A program made the translations under genes and the position numbers. A stretch of 64,000 nucleotides of DNA from Escherichia coli (GTDB lineage: Bacteria; Pseudomonadota; Gammaproteobacteria; Enterobacterales; Enterobacteriaceae). The notes below the pieces were generated by a model. That model saw only the letters and a program-made list of their open reading frames with translations. It did not search any database and had not been told where the DNA came from. Positions 19,093 through 30,504 of the stretch are shown here, one piece after another. The stretch is taken from assembly GCF_024502345.1 (NCBI RefSeq), contig NZ_JALDNN010000001.1; one strand, given 5' to 3'. How positions within the stretch are numbered: position 1 is the stretch's first letter; each line of letters begins with the position of its first letter.

Positions 19093-20979
19093 TTACTCTT
19101 CCATCGCCTGGCGGATCTGATCCAACGACGCAGGATCATCAATGGTCGTCAGATCCCCAGGATCGCGTCCTTCGCAAATCGCCTGGATCGTGCGGCGCAG
19201 CATTTTTCCGGATCGCGTTTTTGGCAATTGCGAGACAAACCAGACGTGCGCCGGGCGACCAAAGTTGCCAATCTGGCTGTCCACCAGCGCCATAATTGCC
19301 TTCTCTTGCGAATGCGCCACATCACGATCTTCCAGACTGTCGCTCTCTTTCGGAATGACAAACGCCACCGCCACCTGCCCTTTCAGCGCATCTTTCACCC
19401 CAACCACAGCCACTTCGGCAACGCCCGGATGACTGGAGATACTCTCTTCAATCTCGCGCGTCCCCAGCCGATGCCCGGCAACGTTAATCACATCGTCAGT
19501 GCGCCCGAGAATAAAGTGATAACCGTCAGCATCGCGGATGCCCCAGTCAAAGGTGGCGTATACCGGGCGGGAAAACAGCGACCAGTACGTCTTCACAAAG
19601 CGGTCGTCGTCACCCCAGATGGTCTGAATACAGCCCGGCGGCAGCGGCCCTTCCACCACCAGCATCCCTTTCTCATTGACGCCACACGGCTCGCCGGTGA
19701 CTTCATTGAGCAACTGCACGTTGTAGCCATACATCGGCACGCCGGGGCTTCCCAGACGCGTCGGCCTGTCGTCCAGACCGCGAGCAATCGCCATAATCGG
19801 CCAGCCGGATTCGGTCTGCCAGTAGTTGTCGATAACCGGCACATCCAGCGTATTGCTTACCCAACTGGCGGTTGGCTCGTCCAGCGGCTCCCCCGCCAGA
19901 TAGAGTACTTCCAGCGACGAAAGATCGTGTTTGCGAATTTCAGCGGTAGGGAATTTTTTCAGCACGCGAATGGCGGTCGGCGCCGAGAACATCCGGCTAA
20001 CCTGATATTTCTCGACGATTTTCCACCACACGCCGCAGTCCGGCCAGGTCGGTAATCCTTCGTAAACGATAGTCGCCATCCCCGCCAGCAGCGGCGCGTA
20101 GACGATATACGAATGCCCCACCACCCAGCCGATATCCGAAGCACAAAAGAACACACCGCCCGCTTTGCCGCCAAAAATGGTGTCCATCGAGGTCGCCAGC
20201 GCCACCGCATATCCGCCGACGTCACGCTGCACGCCTTTAGGTTTGCCGGTTGTGCCGGAGGTGTAGAGAATGCAGGAGGTTTCGTTGGATTCCAGCCACG
20301 CCACCGGTACCCGCGCGCCGATGTGTTGATGGCGCAACGACGCGAAATCGACATCCCGCCCGCTGACGCGCGCCATTTTCGCCAGCCCGCGATCCACCAG
20401 CAAAACATGGCGCGGCTGGTGCTGCGCCTGACTTATCGCATCGTCGAGCAATTTTTTATAGGGAATGATTTTGCCACCGCGCGCTCCGGCATCAGCCGAG
20501 ACAATCAGCACCGGTTTAGCGTCATCAATTCGCGCCGCCACACTGTGCGAGGCGAATCCCCCAAACACCACCGAGTGAATAGCGCCAATGCGCGCGCAGG
20601 CCAGCAGGGTAATATGCGCTTCGGCAATCATCGGCATATACACCAGCACCCGATCGCCACGCTGCACGCCCAGTGAGCGCAGCATTGACGCCACCGCGTT
20701 CACTTCGTCATGCAGCTGGCGAAAGGTAAAGGTGCGCTCTTCTTCTGTTTCCGAAGAGACGGCAATCAATGCCAGCGCCTCTGGCTGTTTCTCCAGCCAG
20801 CGGTCGATAGCGTTGTGGCACAAGTTGGTTCGGCCTTCACAAAACCAACGGGCAAACGGCGGATTGCTGTGATCGAGCGTTTGCGTAAAGGGCGTCTGCC
20901 AGTCAATACGCCGGGCCTGCTCGGCCCAGAACTGCTCCGGTTCGTTAATCGAACGCTGATAAAATTCGCTAAAAGACAT
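19093..20979 (-). CDS. prpE: propionyl-CoA synthetase PrpE
   Basis: 628-aa ORF beginning MSFSEFYQRSINEPEQFWAEQARRIDW, with the AMP-binding motif YTSGTTGKPKG. Confidence 0.96.
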   Translation of the reverse strand: MSFSEFYQRSINEPEQFWAEQARRIDWQTPFTQTLDHSNPPFARWFCEGRTNLCHNAIDRWLEKQPEALALIAVSSETEEERTFTFRQLHDEVNAVASMLRSLGVQRGDRVLVYMPMIAEAHITLLACARIGAIHSVVFGGFASHSVAARIDDAKPVLIVSADAGARGGKIIPYKKLLDDAISQAQHQPRHVLLVDRGLAKMARVSGRDVDFASLRHQHIGARVPVAWLESNETSCILYTSGTTGKPKGVQRDVGGYAVALATSMDTIFGGKAGGVFFCASDIGWVVGHSYIVYAPLLAGMATIVYEGLPTWPDCGVWWKIVEKYQVSRMFSAPTAIRVLKKFPTAEIRKHDLSSLEVLYLAGEPLDEPTASWVSNTLDVPVIDNYWQTESGWPIMAIARGLDDRPTRLGSPGVPMYGYNVQLLNEVTGEPCGVNEKGMLVVEGPLPPGCIQTIWGDDDRFVKTYWSLFSRPVYATFDWGIRDADGYHFILGRTDDVINVAGHRLGTREIEESISSHPGVAEVAVVGVKDALKGQVAVAFVIPKESDSLEDRDVAHSQEKAIMALVDSQIGNFGRPAHVWFVSQLPKTRSGKMLRRTIQAICEGRDPGDLTTIDDPASLDQIRQAMEE

Positions 20980-21018
20980 AATGCTCTCCTGTTGAACTTA
21001 CGCCTTACCGCCGTTTAC

Positions 21019-22470
21019 TTAAATGACGTACAGGTCGAGATACTCATTGACCGGCATCTGTTCCAGGCGAGCTCTGTCGAGAGAAACCTCCAGAATGCGC
21101 TGCTGTTGGCGTGTCGGGAACTGGCGCGCGAGATTGATTTTGAATTTATCCACCAGCTTCGGAATGCCATCCTGACGGCGACGAGCATGACCAATGGGGT
21201 ACTCCACCACCACTTCTTCAAAGCGCGTGCCGTCGGTGAACTCAAGGGTTATGGCATTGGCAATAGCGCGTTTTTCCGGGTCGTGGTAGTCAGCGGTAAA
21301 TGACGGATCTTCAAAGCAATTGATCTTCTCGCGCAGGGTGTCGATGCGTTTATCTTGCGCAACGTTGTCTTCGTAATCTGCCGCTGTTAAGCGCCCGAAC
21401 AGCAGCGGGATCGCCACCATGTACTGAATGCAGTGGTCGCGGTCTGCCGGGTTATTGAGCGGCCCCTTTTTGTCGATGATGCGAATACAGGCTTCGTGGG
21501 TGCGGATGGTCACTTTTTCGATATCTGCCGCCGTTTTGCCTGCTGCCTGCATCTGTTCATAGAGCGTCATCGCCGCTTCAACTGCCGTCTGGGAGTGGAA
21601 CTCCGCCGGGAAGGAGATTTTGAACAGCACATTTTCCATAACGTAGGAACCGTACGGACGCTGGAAGCGGAACGACTCACCTTTAAAGGAGACGTCGTAG
21701 AAGCCCCACACAGGCGCAGTCAGGGCTGACGGGTAACCCATTTCGCCCGTTTTCGCCATCAGTGCCAGACGTACCGCGCGAGAAGTGGCATCGCCCGCCG
21801 CCCAGGATTTACGCGTACCGGTGTTCGGCGCATGGCGATAGGTGCGCAGCGACTGACCGTCCACCCACGCCAACGAAACGGCGTTGAGAATTTCCTCGCG
21901 GGTCAGACCGAGCATTTCGGCGACCACGGCGGTGGAAGCCACTTTCACTAACAGAACGTGGTCGAGGCCGACGCGGTTAAAGGAGTTTTCCAGCGCGATG
22001 CAGCCCTGAATTTCATGGGCTTTGATCATTCCGGTCAGCACTTGTTTCATGGTCAACGGCGCTTTGCCGCTGGCGACCGCATTGCGTGAAAGCCAGTCCG
22101 CCGTTGCCAGAATGCCGCCGAGGTTGTCGGAAGGATGGCCCCACTCTGCCGCAAGCCAGGTATCGTTGAAATCGAGCCAGCGGATCATCGCGCCGATGTT
22201 AAATGCCGCCTGGACGGGGTCGAGCTGGAACTGAGTTCCGGGGACGCGCACGCCGTTAGGTACGACGGTGCCGGGGACAATTGGCCCCAGCAGTTTTTTA
22301 CAGGCTGGGTATTCGAGAGCTTCAAGACCGCAGCCGAGCGTGTCGAGCAGGCAGAAATGTGCGGTGTCGTAGGCCACTTTAGAGCTGATTTCGTAGTTCA
22401 TCACGTAATCGACGATATCAACGATTTCACGATCAAATTCCGGGCGGATGTTGTTGATTTGAGCTGACAT
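21019..22470 (-). CDS. prpD: 2-methylcitrate dehydratase PrpD
   Basis: 483-aa ORF beginning [23 protein letters not shown]. Confidence 0.96.
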   Translation of the reverse strand: MSAQINNIRPEFDREIVDIVDYVMNYEISSKVAYDTAHFCLLDTLGCGLEALEYPACKKLLGPIVPGTVVPNGVRVPGTQFQLDPVQAAFNIGAMIRWLDFNDTWLAAEWGHPSDNLGGILATADWLSRNAVASGKAPLTMKQVLTGMIKAHEIQGCIALENSFNRVGLDHVLLVKVASTAVVAEMLGLTREEILNAVSLAWVDGQSLRTYRHAPNTGTRKSWAAGDATSRAVRLALMAKTGEMGYPSALTAPVWGFYDVSFKGESFRFQRPYGSYVMENVLFKISFPAEFHSQTAVEAAMTLYEQMQAAGKTAADIEKVTIRTHEACIRIIDKKGPLNNPADRDHCIQYMVAIPLLFGRLTAADYEDNVAQDKRIDTLREKINCFEDPSFTADYHDPEKRAIANAITLEFTDGTRFEEVVVEYPIGHARRRQDGIPKLVDKFKINLARQFPTRQQQRILEVSLDRARLEQMPVNEYLDLYVI

Positions 22471-22503
22471 TGGGTACGTTTCCTTATTGTTATTCGTAGA
22501 GGT

Positions 22504-23673
22504 TTACTGGCGCTTATCCAGCGCGACAAACTGGCGGTCTTCCGGTCCAACATAATTGGCGGAAGGACGGATAATTTTGTTGTCCTGACGTTGTTCGATA
22601 ATGTGCGCCGCCCATCCGGTGACGCGGGCGATAACAAACAGTGGTGTGAACATCTCGGTGGGAACGCCCATCATGTTGTAGGAAACAGCGGAGAACCAGT
22701 CGAGATTGGGGAACATCTTTTTGCTCTCCCACATCACCGTTTCCAGACGATCGGCGATGTTGTACATCTTCAGCGAGCCGCCTTCCTGCGAGAGCTGCTT
22801 CGCCACACGTTTAATCACCTGGTGGCGCGGGTCGGCGATGGTATAAACCGGATGCCCAAAACCAATGACCACTTCTTTGTTTTCCACGCGCTTGCGGATA
22901 TCTGCTTCGGCTTCGTCTGGCGTTTCGTAGCGTTGCTGGATCTCCAGCGACACTTCATTCGCCCCGCCGTGTTTCGGCCCGCGCAGTGCGCCAATCGCGC
23001 CAATAATCGCGGAATACATATCAGAGCCAGTACCCGCAATCACCCGGCTGGTAAAGGTGGAGGCGTTAAACTCGTGTTCGGCGTACAGCACCAGCGAAAT
23101 ATGCATCGCCTTTTCCCAGCTTTGCGACGGCTTTTCGCCGTGCAGCAGATGCAGGAAGTGACCGCCGATGGAGTCGTCATCGGTTTCCGGCTGGATGCGT
23201 TCGCCGTTGTGGCTGTAGTGATACCAGTAGAGAAGAATCGAGCTAAGTGACGCCAGCAATTTGTCGGCAATATCCCGCGCGCCAGAGACGGTATGCCCCT
23301 CTTTTTCTGGCAGCGTGCAGCCGAGCGCGGAAACGCCGGTGCGCATAACATCCATCGGGTGTGACGCCGCCGGTAAGGCTTCCAGCACGGTACGCACGTT
23401 AGCCGGTAAACCGCGCAGGGCTTTCAGTTTCGTTTTGTAAGCGGCGAGTTCGTCACGGGTCGGCAGTTTGCCGTGGATCAGCAGATGCGCCACTTCTTCA
23501 AATTCGCAATGTTCCGCCAGATCAAGAATATCGTAACCACGGTAATGCAAGTCATTGCCACTTTTACCCACGGTGCAGAGCGCCGTATTGCCCGCCGGAA
23601 CGCCAGAAAGTGCTACCGATTTTTTCGGTTTAATGACATGGGTACTGTTTTGCAGGATCGTTGTGTCGCTCAT
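22504..23673 (-). CDS. prpC: 2-methylcitrate synthase PrpC
   Basis: ORF 22504..23802. The start was taken at [24 protein letters not shown] (389 aa). The longer ORF reads through a REP element. Confidence 0.95.
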   Translation of the reverse strand: MSDTTILQNSTHVIKPKKSVALSGVPAGNTALCTVGKSGNDLHYRGYDILDLAEHCEFEEVAHLLIHGKLPTRDELAAYKTKLKALRGLPANVRTVLEALPAASHPMDVMRTGVSALGCTLPEKEGHTVSGARDIADKLLASLSSILLYWYHYSHNGERIQPETDDDSIGGHFLHLLHGEKPSQSWEKAMHISLVLYAEHEFNASTFTSRVIAGTGSDMYSAIIGAIGALRGPKHGGANEVSLEIQQRYETPDEAEADIRKRVENKEVVIGFGHPVYTIADPRHQVIKRVAKQLSQEGGSLKMYNIADRLETVMWESKKMFPNLDWFSAVSYNMMGVPTEMFTPLFVIARVTGWAAHIIEQRQDNKIIRPSANYVGPEDRQFVALDKRQ

Positions 23674-23704
23674 ATTGTCCTCGTCATTGTTATCATTTGT
23701 AGGG

Positions 23705-23815
23705 TCGAGATTGTTGTCGGATGCGACGCCATGCGTCTTATCCGACCTACAGTTCAGTACACCCGTAGGCCTGATAAGTCGCGTCAGCGGCGCATCAGGC
23801 ATCGGTTGTCGAATA
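23705..23815. repeat. BIME/REP pair between prpB and prpC
   Basis: gtcggatgcgacgccatgcgtcttatccgacctac is followed by gtaggcctgataagtcgcgtcagcggcgcatcaggc. Confidence 0.8.
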
Positions 23816-23832
23816 CAACCAACGGGCGTTTT

Positions 23833-24723
23833 TTATTTCACCTGGCTACGGGCAAACAGGTCGTCGAGCTTCTCTTCGTACTGGTAGTAGTTGATGCTTT
23901 CGTACAGCTCGTTGCGGGTTTGCATAGTGTCGATGACACTTTTCTGCGTGCCTTCCTGACGCAGGACGTTGTAGACATGTTCAGCGGCGCGGTTCATGGC
24001 GCGGAACGCTGAAAGCGGGTACAGCGCCATTGCGACATGGGCGCTGCGTAATTCGTCGGTGGTAAACAGCGGCGTGGCACCAAATTCGGTAATGTTGGCG
24101 AGGATTGGCACCTGCACCGCATCGGCAAACTGGCGGTACATGGCGAGTTCGGTAATCGCCTCCGGGAACAACATCTCGGCACCCGCTTCAACATAGGCCT
24201 GCGCACGCTCGATCGCCGCATCCAGCCCCTCTACCGCCAGCGCATCGGTGCGCGCCATGATCACAAAATCAGGATCGGTTTTCGCATCCACCGCTGCACG
24301 GATCCGATCCACCATCTCCTCTTTCGAGACGATCGCTTTGTTCGGGCGATGACCGCAACGTTTCGCGCCAACCTGATCTTCAATATGCAATCCTGCCGCA
24401 CCGGCTTTAATCATCGATTTCACAGTGCGCGCCACGTTAAAAGCCGAAGATCCAAAACCGATATCCGCATCCACCAGCAGCGGCAGCGAGCAGACGTCGG
24501 TGATACGGCGAATGTCAGTCAGCACATCATCAAGAGTAGAAATACCGAGATCGGGCAGCCCCAGCGAACCTGCCGCCACACCACCGCCGGAGAGATAAAT
24601 CGCCTGATATCCGGCACGCTGCGCCAGCAGCGCATGGTTAGCGTTGATGGTGCCGACAATCTGCAATGGATTTTCTTTAGTGAGTGCAGCGCGAAACGCT
24701 TTACCTGGAGAGTGTAGAGACAT
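23833..24723 (-). CDS. prpB: 2-methylisocitrate lyase PrpB
   Basis: 296-aa ORF beginning [39 protein letters not shown]. Confidence 0.96.
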   Translation of the reverse strand: MSLHSPGKAFRAALTKENPLQIVGTINANHALLAQRAGYQAIYLSGGGVAAGSLGLPDLGISTLDDVLTDIRRITDVCSLPLLVDADIGFGSSAFNVARTVKSMIKAGAAGLHIEDQVGAKRCGHRPNKAIVSKEEMVDRIRAAVDAKTDPDFVIMARTDALAVEGLDAAIERAQAYVEAGAEMLFPEAITELAMYRQFADAVQVPILANITEFGATPLFTTDELRSAHVAMALYPLSAFRAMNRAAEHVYNVLRQEGTQKSVIDTMQTRNELYESINYYQYEEKLDDLFARSQVK

Positions 24724-24769
24724 AGCCCATCCTTTGTTATCAACTTGTTATTTACGTTGATAAAGACAA

Positions 24770-24785
24770 AGCAAGGGGTGTGCCA
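24770..24785 (-). promoter_or_regulatory. sigma54 (-24/-12) promoter of prpBCDE
   Basis: The minus strand reads TGGCACaccccTTGCT, a perfect TGGCAC-N5-TTGC, about 45 nt upstream of the prpB ATG. Confidence 0.85.
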
Positions 24786-24961
24786 CAATTGCCTGAATAA
24801 AATTAAATGCTTAATTTCAATTTGTTAGAGATAAACCCATGAATTAATCCGCAAATATGCGTTTCAGTTAACGTTTCAGGCAATGTTTCACTGCGTTTCA
24901 TTGCAACAATTATGAAACAAGACTAAACCCACTATTCGGTTTCTTAACTTTGCGGTGCGCT

Positions 24962-25096
24962 ATGGCACATCCACCACGGCTGAATGACGACAAACCGGTT
25001 ATCTGGACGGTATCTGTAACGCGGCTGTTCGAGCTGTTTCGCGATATCAGTCTCGAGTTTGATCACCTGGCGAACATTACCCCTATCCAGCTTGGC
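24962..25096 (+). pseudogene. prpR: prpR' : the first 45 codons of the sigma54-dependent activator PrpR, cut by IS1
   Basis: [45 protein letters not shown] runs directly into the IS1 terminal repeat ggtgatgctgccaactta at 25097. Confidence 0.9.
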
Positions 25097-25151
25097 GGTG
25101 ATGCTGCCAACTTACTGATTTAGTGTATGATGGTGTTTTTGAGGTGCTCCA

Positions 25152-25427
25152 GTGGCTTCTGTTTCTATCAGCTGTCCCTCCTGTTCAGCTACTGACGGGG
25201 TGGTGCGTAACGGCAAAAGCACCGCCGGACATCAGCGCTATCTCTGCTCTCACTGCCGTAAAACATGGCAACTGCAGTTCACTTACACCGCTTCTCAACC
25301 CGGTACGCACCAGAAAATCATTGATATGGCCATGAATGGCGTTGGATGCCGGGCAACCGCCCGCATTATGGGCGTTGGCCTCAACACGATTTTCCGCCAT
25401 TTAAAAAACTCAGGCCGCAGTCGGTAA
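25152..25427 (+). CDS. insA: IS1 InsA
   Basis: 91-aa ORF beginning [43 protein letters not shown]. Confidence 0.95.
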   Translation: MASVSISCPSCSATDGVVRNGKSTAGHQRYLCSHCRKTWQLQFTYTASQPGTHQKIIDMAMNGVGCRATARIMGVGLNTIFRHLKNSGRSR

Positions 25428-25849
25428 CCTCGCGCATACAGCCGGGCAGTGACGTCATCGTCTGCGCGGAAATGGACGAACAGTGGGGATACGTCGGGGC
25501 TAAATCGCGCCAGCGCTGGCTGTTTTACGCGTATGACAGGCTCCGGAAGACGGTTGTTGCGCACGTATTCGGTGAACGCACTATGGCGACGCTGGGGCGT
25601 CTTATGAGCCTGCTGTCACCCTTTGACGTGGTGATATGGATGACGGATGGCTGGCCGCTGTATGAATCCCGCCTGAAGGGAAAGCTGCACGTAATCAGCA
25701 AGCGATATACGCAGCGAATTGAGCGGCATAACCTGAATCTGAGGCAGCACCTGGCACGGCTGGGACGGAAGTCGCTGTCGTTCTCAAAATCGGTGGAGCT
25801 GCATGACAAAGTCATCGGGCATTATCTGAACATAAAACACTATCAATAA
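25346..25849 (+). CDS. insB: IS1 InsB frame, expressed as the InsAB' transposase by a -1 frameshift
   Basis: 167-aa ORF in the -1 frame relative to insA. It overlaps the A6C motif. Confidence 0.9.
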   Translation: MPGNRPHYGRWPQHDFPPFKKLRPQSVTSRIQPGSDVIVCAEMDEQWGYVGAKSRQRWLFYAYDRLRKTVVAHVFGERTMATLGRLMSLLSPFDVVIWMTDGWPLYESRLKGKLHVISKRYTQRIERHNLNLRQHLARLGRKSLSFSKSVELHDKVIGHYLNIKHYQ

Positions 25850-25864
25850 GTTGGAGTCATTACC

Positions 25865-26518
25865 CGCTTTGTCGATCAGATCTCCGGCGGGCAGCAGCAG
25901 CGCGTGGCGCTGGCCCGCGCGCTGATCCTCAAGCCGAAAGTGCTGCTGTTTGATGAGCCGTTGAGTAACCTCGACGCCAACCTGCGTCGCAGCATGCGCG
26001 ACAAGATCCGCGAGTTGCAAAAGCAGTTTGATATCACCTCGCTGTACGTCACCCACGATCAGAGCGAAGCCTTTGCGGTTTCTGATACTGTGCTGGTGAT
26101 GAACAAGGGACACATCATGCAGATCGGCTCACCGCAGGATCTTTACCGCCAGCCCGCCTCCCGCTTTATGGCGAGCTTTATGGGCGATGCCAACCTGTTC
26201 CCGGCAACCTTCAGCGACGGATACGTTGATATCTACGGCTATCATCTGCCGCGCCCGCTGCACTTTGGTACACAGGGTGAAGGGATGGTCGGTGTGCGCC
26301 CGGAAGCGATCACGCTCAGCGATCGCGGCGAAGAGAGCCAGCGCTGCGTGATCCGCCATGTCGCCTATATGGGGCCGCAGTATGAAGTGACGGTGGAATG
26401 GCACGGGCAGGAGATATTATTGCAGGTCAACGCTACGCGTCTGCAACCGGACGTCGGCGAGCAGTATTATCTTGAAATCCATCCGTACGGCATGTTTGTT
26501 CTGGCGGATGCGGCATAA
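25865..26518 (+). pseudogene. afuC: 'afuC : 5'-truncated ABC-transporter ATPase (ferric-uptake type)
   Basis: The frame is open from the first base after IS1: RFVDQISGGQQQRVALARALILKPKVLLFDEPLSNLD (ABC signature plus Walker B). The Walker A half is missing. Confidence 0.85.
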
Positions 26519-26524
26519 CGTTTT

Positions 26525-26605
26525 GTGGTTTTGTAGGCCGGATAAGGCGCTTGTGCCGCCATCCGGCAATGCCTGATGCGCTGCGCTTATCAGGCCTACA
26601 ATGAA
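26525..26605. repeat. BIME/REP pair between afuC' and mmuM
   Basis: gtaggccggataaggcgcttgtgccgccatccggc is followed by gcctgatgcgctgcgcttatcaggcctac. Confidence 0.8.
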
Positions 26606-26626
26606 CGATGTAGACCCGATAAACCC

Positions 26627-27559
26627 TCAGCTTCGCGCTTTTAACGCGGCGATATCCGCAGGCGTGGTGCGACAGCACCCGCCAATCAACCGTGCGCCAG
26701 CGGCCTGCCACTGCGGCAGATAATCCGCCAGCTGCGCGCAATGTTCACCGTGATGATGCCAGGTTTTGCTCACGGCATCGTAATGCTCGCCCGAGTTCGG
26801 ATACACCACCAGCGGCAGCACCGTTAAACCGTGTAAATGCTGCAACGCAGCGGTGGTGTTTTCCAGCGCAATACAGTTAATGCCTAGCGCCACCACCTGC
26901 GGATAACCCGCCAGCAACGCAACCACGTCACGCAGCGGCGTACCGTCGCTCAGGTGTTCGCTGTCGCGCAGGGTAAATGAGAACCACGCCCGCGCACGCG
27001 GATATGCGGTCAACAGCTCGGCCAACGCCTCAATCTCGGAAAAATTCGGCAGGGTTTCGCAGGCCAGCAGATCGGCCCCGGCATCCAGCAAGGCTTCCAC
27101 GCGCGGGCGATGAAACGCCTGAAATGCCTCAACGCTACAATGATAATCGCCACGGTATTCAGAGCCATCCGCCAGATACGCGCCGTAAGGCCCGACGGAT
27201 CCCGCCACCAGAAGCGTTCCCGCCTGCGGGTTCTCTGCCAGATACGCTTCACGGGCTTTACGCGCCAGCTCCACGCTTTTGCCAATCAGCGCTTTCGACT
27301 GCGCTTCATCCAGACCTCGCGCGGCGAAGCCCGCCGGCGTCGCCTGATAGCTGGCAGTGATCGCGCATTGCGCCCCCGCCCGGTAGTAATCAAGATGCAC
27401 TTCGCGGATAAGCTCCGGGTTTTCTACCAGCACTTTGGCTGACCACAGGCTGTCGGCTAAGTTACACCCTCGCGCTTCCAGCTCCGTCGCCATCGCGCCA
27501 TCCAGCAGCAGGATATCCTGTTTATCAAGAAGAGCGCGTAACGGATTATTCTGCGACAT
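26627..27559 (-). CDS. mmuM: homocysteine S-methyltransferase MmuM
   Basis: ORF 26627..27703. The start was taken at [28 protein letters not shown] (310 aa). It overlaps the mmuP stop. Confidence 0.93.
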   Translation of the reverse strand: MSQNNPLRALLDKQDILLLDGAMATELEARGCNLADSLWSAKVLVENPELIREVHLDYYRAGAQCAITASYQATPAGFAARGLDEAQSKALIGKSVELARKAREAYLAENPQAGTLLVAGSVGPYGAYLADGSEYRGDYHCSVEAFQAFHRPRVEALLDAGADLLACETLPNFSEIEALAELLTAYPRARAWFSFTLRDSEHLSDGTPLRDVVALLAGYPQVVALGINCIALENTTAALQHLHGLTVLPLVVYPNSGEHYDAVSKTWHHHGEHCAQLADYLPQWQAAGARLIGGCCRTTPADIAALKARS

Positions 27560-28949
27560 GTTCTGGCTCCTGTTTTGCGTTTCGGGGTTGAGTAAGGAAA
27601 TAAGCACCATAGCACAACGCAACAAACGGTAACCCGCACCACAACGCAATTCTCTGCGCTGGATCGAATGCCAGCCCAACACAGGCCACCAGGCACAGCA
27701 CAAAACCTAATACTGGCACCAGCGGATACCACGGCGCGCGATAATGTAATTCACTCAATGCCTTACCTTGTTGCAGATGACGGCGACGAAAAACAAAATG
27801 CGAGGCGCAGATACTCAGCCACACCGCTACCACCGCAAACCCGGAGATTGCCGACAGCGCAACAAATACCGTGTCCGGGGCCACCACGCTGGAAAACAGC
27901 GCCAGCACACCACCGAGCATACTGACCGACAGCGCCGTCAGTGGCACGCCGTTTTTCGTTACTCGCGCAAAACAGGCCGGTAGCGTACGTTCATTCGACA
28001 ACGACCACAGCATGCGCCCGGAGGCATATAACCCGGAGTTCGCTGCAGAAAGAATAGCCGTCAGGATCACGAAGTTAAAAATATCAGCGGCGTACGGGAT
28101 CCCTACTTTCTCAAATACCAGCACAAACGGGCTTTTCTCCACGCCCGCCTGCTGCATCGGGATCAGCGCTGCCAGCACAAACACGGTGCCGATAAAGAAA
28201 ATAATCAGTCGCGCGATGGTAGTACGAATCGCTACCGGGATAACTTTGCGCGGGTTTTCCGTTTCACCGGCGGCAATGCCGATAAGCTCGGTACCCGAAA
28301 AAGCAAAGTTCACTGCCACCATAGTCATCAAAATCGGTAAGCCACCGTGCGGGAACCAGCCTTCTGCCGTGATATTACTCAGCCCCGGCGCGGGCGAGCC
28401 ATCCTGCATCGGAATAAAGCCGAAAATCGCCGCCCCACCGAGGATGATAAAGGCGATGATAGTGACCACTTTGACCAGCGAGAACCAGAACTCCCCTTCG
28501 GCAAAAAAGCGCGTGGAGATAACATTCAGACCAAAAATAATCGCGCAGAACACCACGCACCAGACCCATACCGGCACCTGTGGAAACCAGTACTGCATAC
28601 AGAATCCAGCGGCGGTAAAGCTCGAACCCAGCGCCACGGTCCAGGTCAGCCAGTAAAGCCAGGCCACGGTATACCCGGTAGCCGGACCAAGATAGCGCGC
28701 GGCATAAACGTGAAACGCTCCGGTCTCCGGCATCGCGACCGACAGCTCGCCCAGACACTGCATAACCAGCCAGACCACCAGCGCACCAATCAGATAGGCC
28801 AGCAGCGTTCCCGCCGCTCCAGTGGTGGAAATGATGTACCCGGTATTGAAGAATAATCCTGTGCCAATCACGCCGCCCAAGGAAAGCATAATCAGGTGAC
28901 GCGTTTTCATTGTGCGCTTCAGTGGCGCATTTTGTTGTGTTGTTTGCAT
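27546..28949 (-). CDS. mmuP: S-methylmethionine permease MmuP (APC family)
   Basis: ORF 27546..28973. The start was taken at [34 protein letters not shown] (467 aa). Confidence 0.93.
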   Translation of the reverse strand: MQTTQQNAPLKRTMKTRHLIMLSLGGVIGTGLFFNTGYIISTTGAAGTLLAYLIGALVVWLVMQCLGELSVAMPETGAFHVYAARYLGPATGYTVAWLYWLTWTVALGSSFTAAGFCMQYWFPQVPVWVWCVVFCAIIFGLNVISTRFFAEGEFWFSLVKVVTIIAFIILGGAAIFGFIPMQDGSPAPGLSNITAEGWFPHGGLPILMTMVAVNFAFSGTELIGIAAGETENPRKVIPVAIRTTIARLIIFFIGTVFVLAALIPMQQAGVEKSPFVLVFEKVGIPYAADIFNFVILTAILSAANSGLYASGRMLWSLSNERTLPACFARVTKNGVPLTALSVSMLGGVLALFSSVVAPDTVFVALSAISGFAVVAVWLSICASHFVFRRRHLQQGKALSELHYRAPWYPLVPVLGFVLCLVACVGLAFDPAQRIALWCGLPFVALCYGAYFLTQPRNAKQEPEHVAE

Positions 28950-29223
28950 ATAACCTTCTAAACGCATGGACATCTAAACATCCAAAGAAGGTTTGTTATA
29001 CCGCGTTTGTTAACAGAATGCAAAGTCAACCCTGCACCAGACGCAGATGCCCGCGCCGGGCGCTTAATAGCGGGTGGGGATTAATAATCAGATACAAAAA
29101 GGGCCGCCAGCTCATAACGCCTCCGTTGCCATGTTTTATCTAAACTTTGGCACCACAGTTGACTGACGGCGTTAACCCGGAAGTGGGAATCAAATCTCCC
29201 CACTCCCACAACCGGATGAATGC

Positions 29224-30435
29224 TTAAGCACCGCTGGCCGGGATCGGCATCTGTGATTTGCGGCTCATCAGAATAAATACCGCCAGGCCTGCCAGCAAAA
29301 TGCCCGGCGCAGAAGCCGCCATCACCCCTACCCTTCCGGTACCGAGCGCTAACATTTTCCCTGCCAGCAGCGGACCGCTCATCGCCCCCAGACGCCCGAC
29401 TGCGACGGCGGTTCCCACGCCTGTGGCGCGGATCTGCGTGCTGTAAAACAGCGGCGCCAGCGCATACAACACACTTTGCCCGCCGGTGGCGAACATCCCC
29501 GCCACAAATCCCGCCATTAGCATGCCGCTCAATGACGACACCGTACCCAGCGCCAGCAGTGAAGCCAACATCCCGGTGTAGATCAGCAGCGACATCACCA
29601 CCGGGCGCAGTTTATCCATTAACGCCCCGAGAATTAACGTGCCGCTGGCCGCGCCAATTTGCAGAGCAAACATTACGCCTGCCGCCTGCGATGGCCGAAA
29701 GCCCTGCTCCACCAGCAGCATCGGCAGCCAGTTGATCAGCATATACACCACCAGCAGGGTGAAGAAATAGCACAACCACAGCAGCAGCGTGGCACTCGCC
29801 GTCGCTGGCGCAAACAGGGCGCGCAACGGTGCGGCGGCCACCTGCGTTTGTTGGGTATAAACCTGAGATTCCGGCAGCCAGCGCATCAACAGCGGCACCA
29901 GCAGCAGCGGGATCACCCCGCCTACCCAGAACACCGTTTGCCAGGCGGAGGCCAGGCCGCTAAACCCGAGCGCTGCCGCCAGCGCCGCGCCAATCGGCAC
30001 ACCGCAGTACATCAGGCTCACCGCCGTACCGCGAAAACGCGGGCCCGCCGCCTCGGAAGTCAGCGCGATCAGATTCGGCAACGCCGCGCCCAGCCCGACG
30101 CCGGTCATCAGACGGGCAAACACCAGCGATGAGAAATCCCAGGAAATCGCCGTCGCCAGCGAGAACAGGCCGAACAGCGCCACAGAGGCAATGAGAATAC
30201 GCTTGCGGCCATAGCGGTCGGCCAGCATGCCGCCCACCAGCGCGCCGGGCAGCAGCCCGAGAATGCCCGCACTGAAGATCCAGCCCATCTGCATTTTATC
30301 CAGCGCAAACGCGTGGGCGATACCGACGGCAGCGATACCGGCGGCCTGTAAATCCAGCCCTTCCATCAGGGCAACTAAAAAGCAAAGCCCAACGGTCAAC
30401 GTCAGGCGGTAAGATGCGGAGGTACGGGTCGTCAT
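29224..30435 (-). CDS. mhpT: MFS transporter, MhpT-like (3-hydroxyphenylpropionate transporter), second-copy cluster
   Basis: ORF 29224..30501. The start was taken at MTTRTSASYRLTLTVGLCFLVALMEGLDLQAAGIA (403 aa, the same length as K-12 MhpT as I recall it). It sits directly downstream of the second mhpE. Confidence 0.85.
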   Translation of the reverse strand: MTTRTSASYRLTLTVGLCFLVALMEGLDLQAAGIAAVGIAHAFALDKMQMGWIFSAGILGLLPGALVGGMLADRYGRKRILIASVALFGLFSLATAISWDFSSLVFARLMTGVGLGAALPNLIALTSEAAGPRFRGTAVSLMYCGVPIGAALAAALGFSGLASAWQTVFWVGGVIPLLLVPLLMRWLPESQVYTQQTQVAAAPLRALFAPATASATLLLWLCYFFTLLVVYMLINWLPMLLVEQGFRPSQAAGVMFALQIGAASGTLILGALMDKLRPVVMSLLIYTGMLASLLALGTVSSLSGMLMAGFVAGMFATGGQSVLYALAPLFYSTQIRATGVGTAVAVGRLGAMSGPLLAGKMLALGTGRVGVMAASAPGILLAGLAVFILMSRKSQMPIPASGA

Positions 30436-30504
30436 AAGATGTCCCTCTGAGGTCACGATGCAGGTGAATCGCGGCTGATACGTTGCCAGCCGCGTAATCA
30501 TTTT

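Larger units (their letters stand above)
25097..25864 (+). mobile_element. IS1, complete at 768 bp
   Basis: The ends are ggtgatgctgccaacttactgat and ...aagttggagtcattacc. It contains insA and insB with an A6C slippery site at 25403-25409. The 9 bp on each flank differ, so there is no target-site duplication. Confidence 0.95.

Noticed and set aside
18922-20055. A 377-aa plus-strand ORF starting in the BIME array
   Set aside because: Its N-terminus is a translation of REP repeats ([31 protein letters not shown]), and the rest is antisense to prpE.
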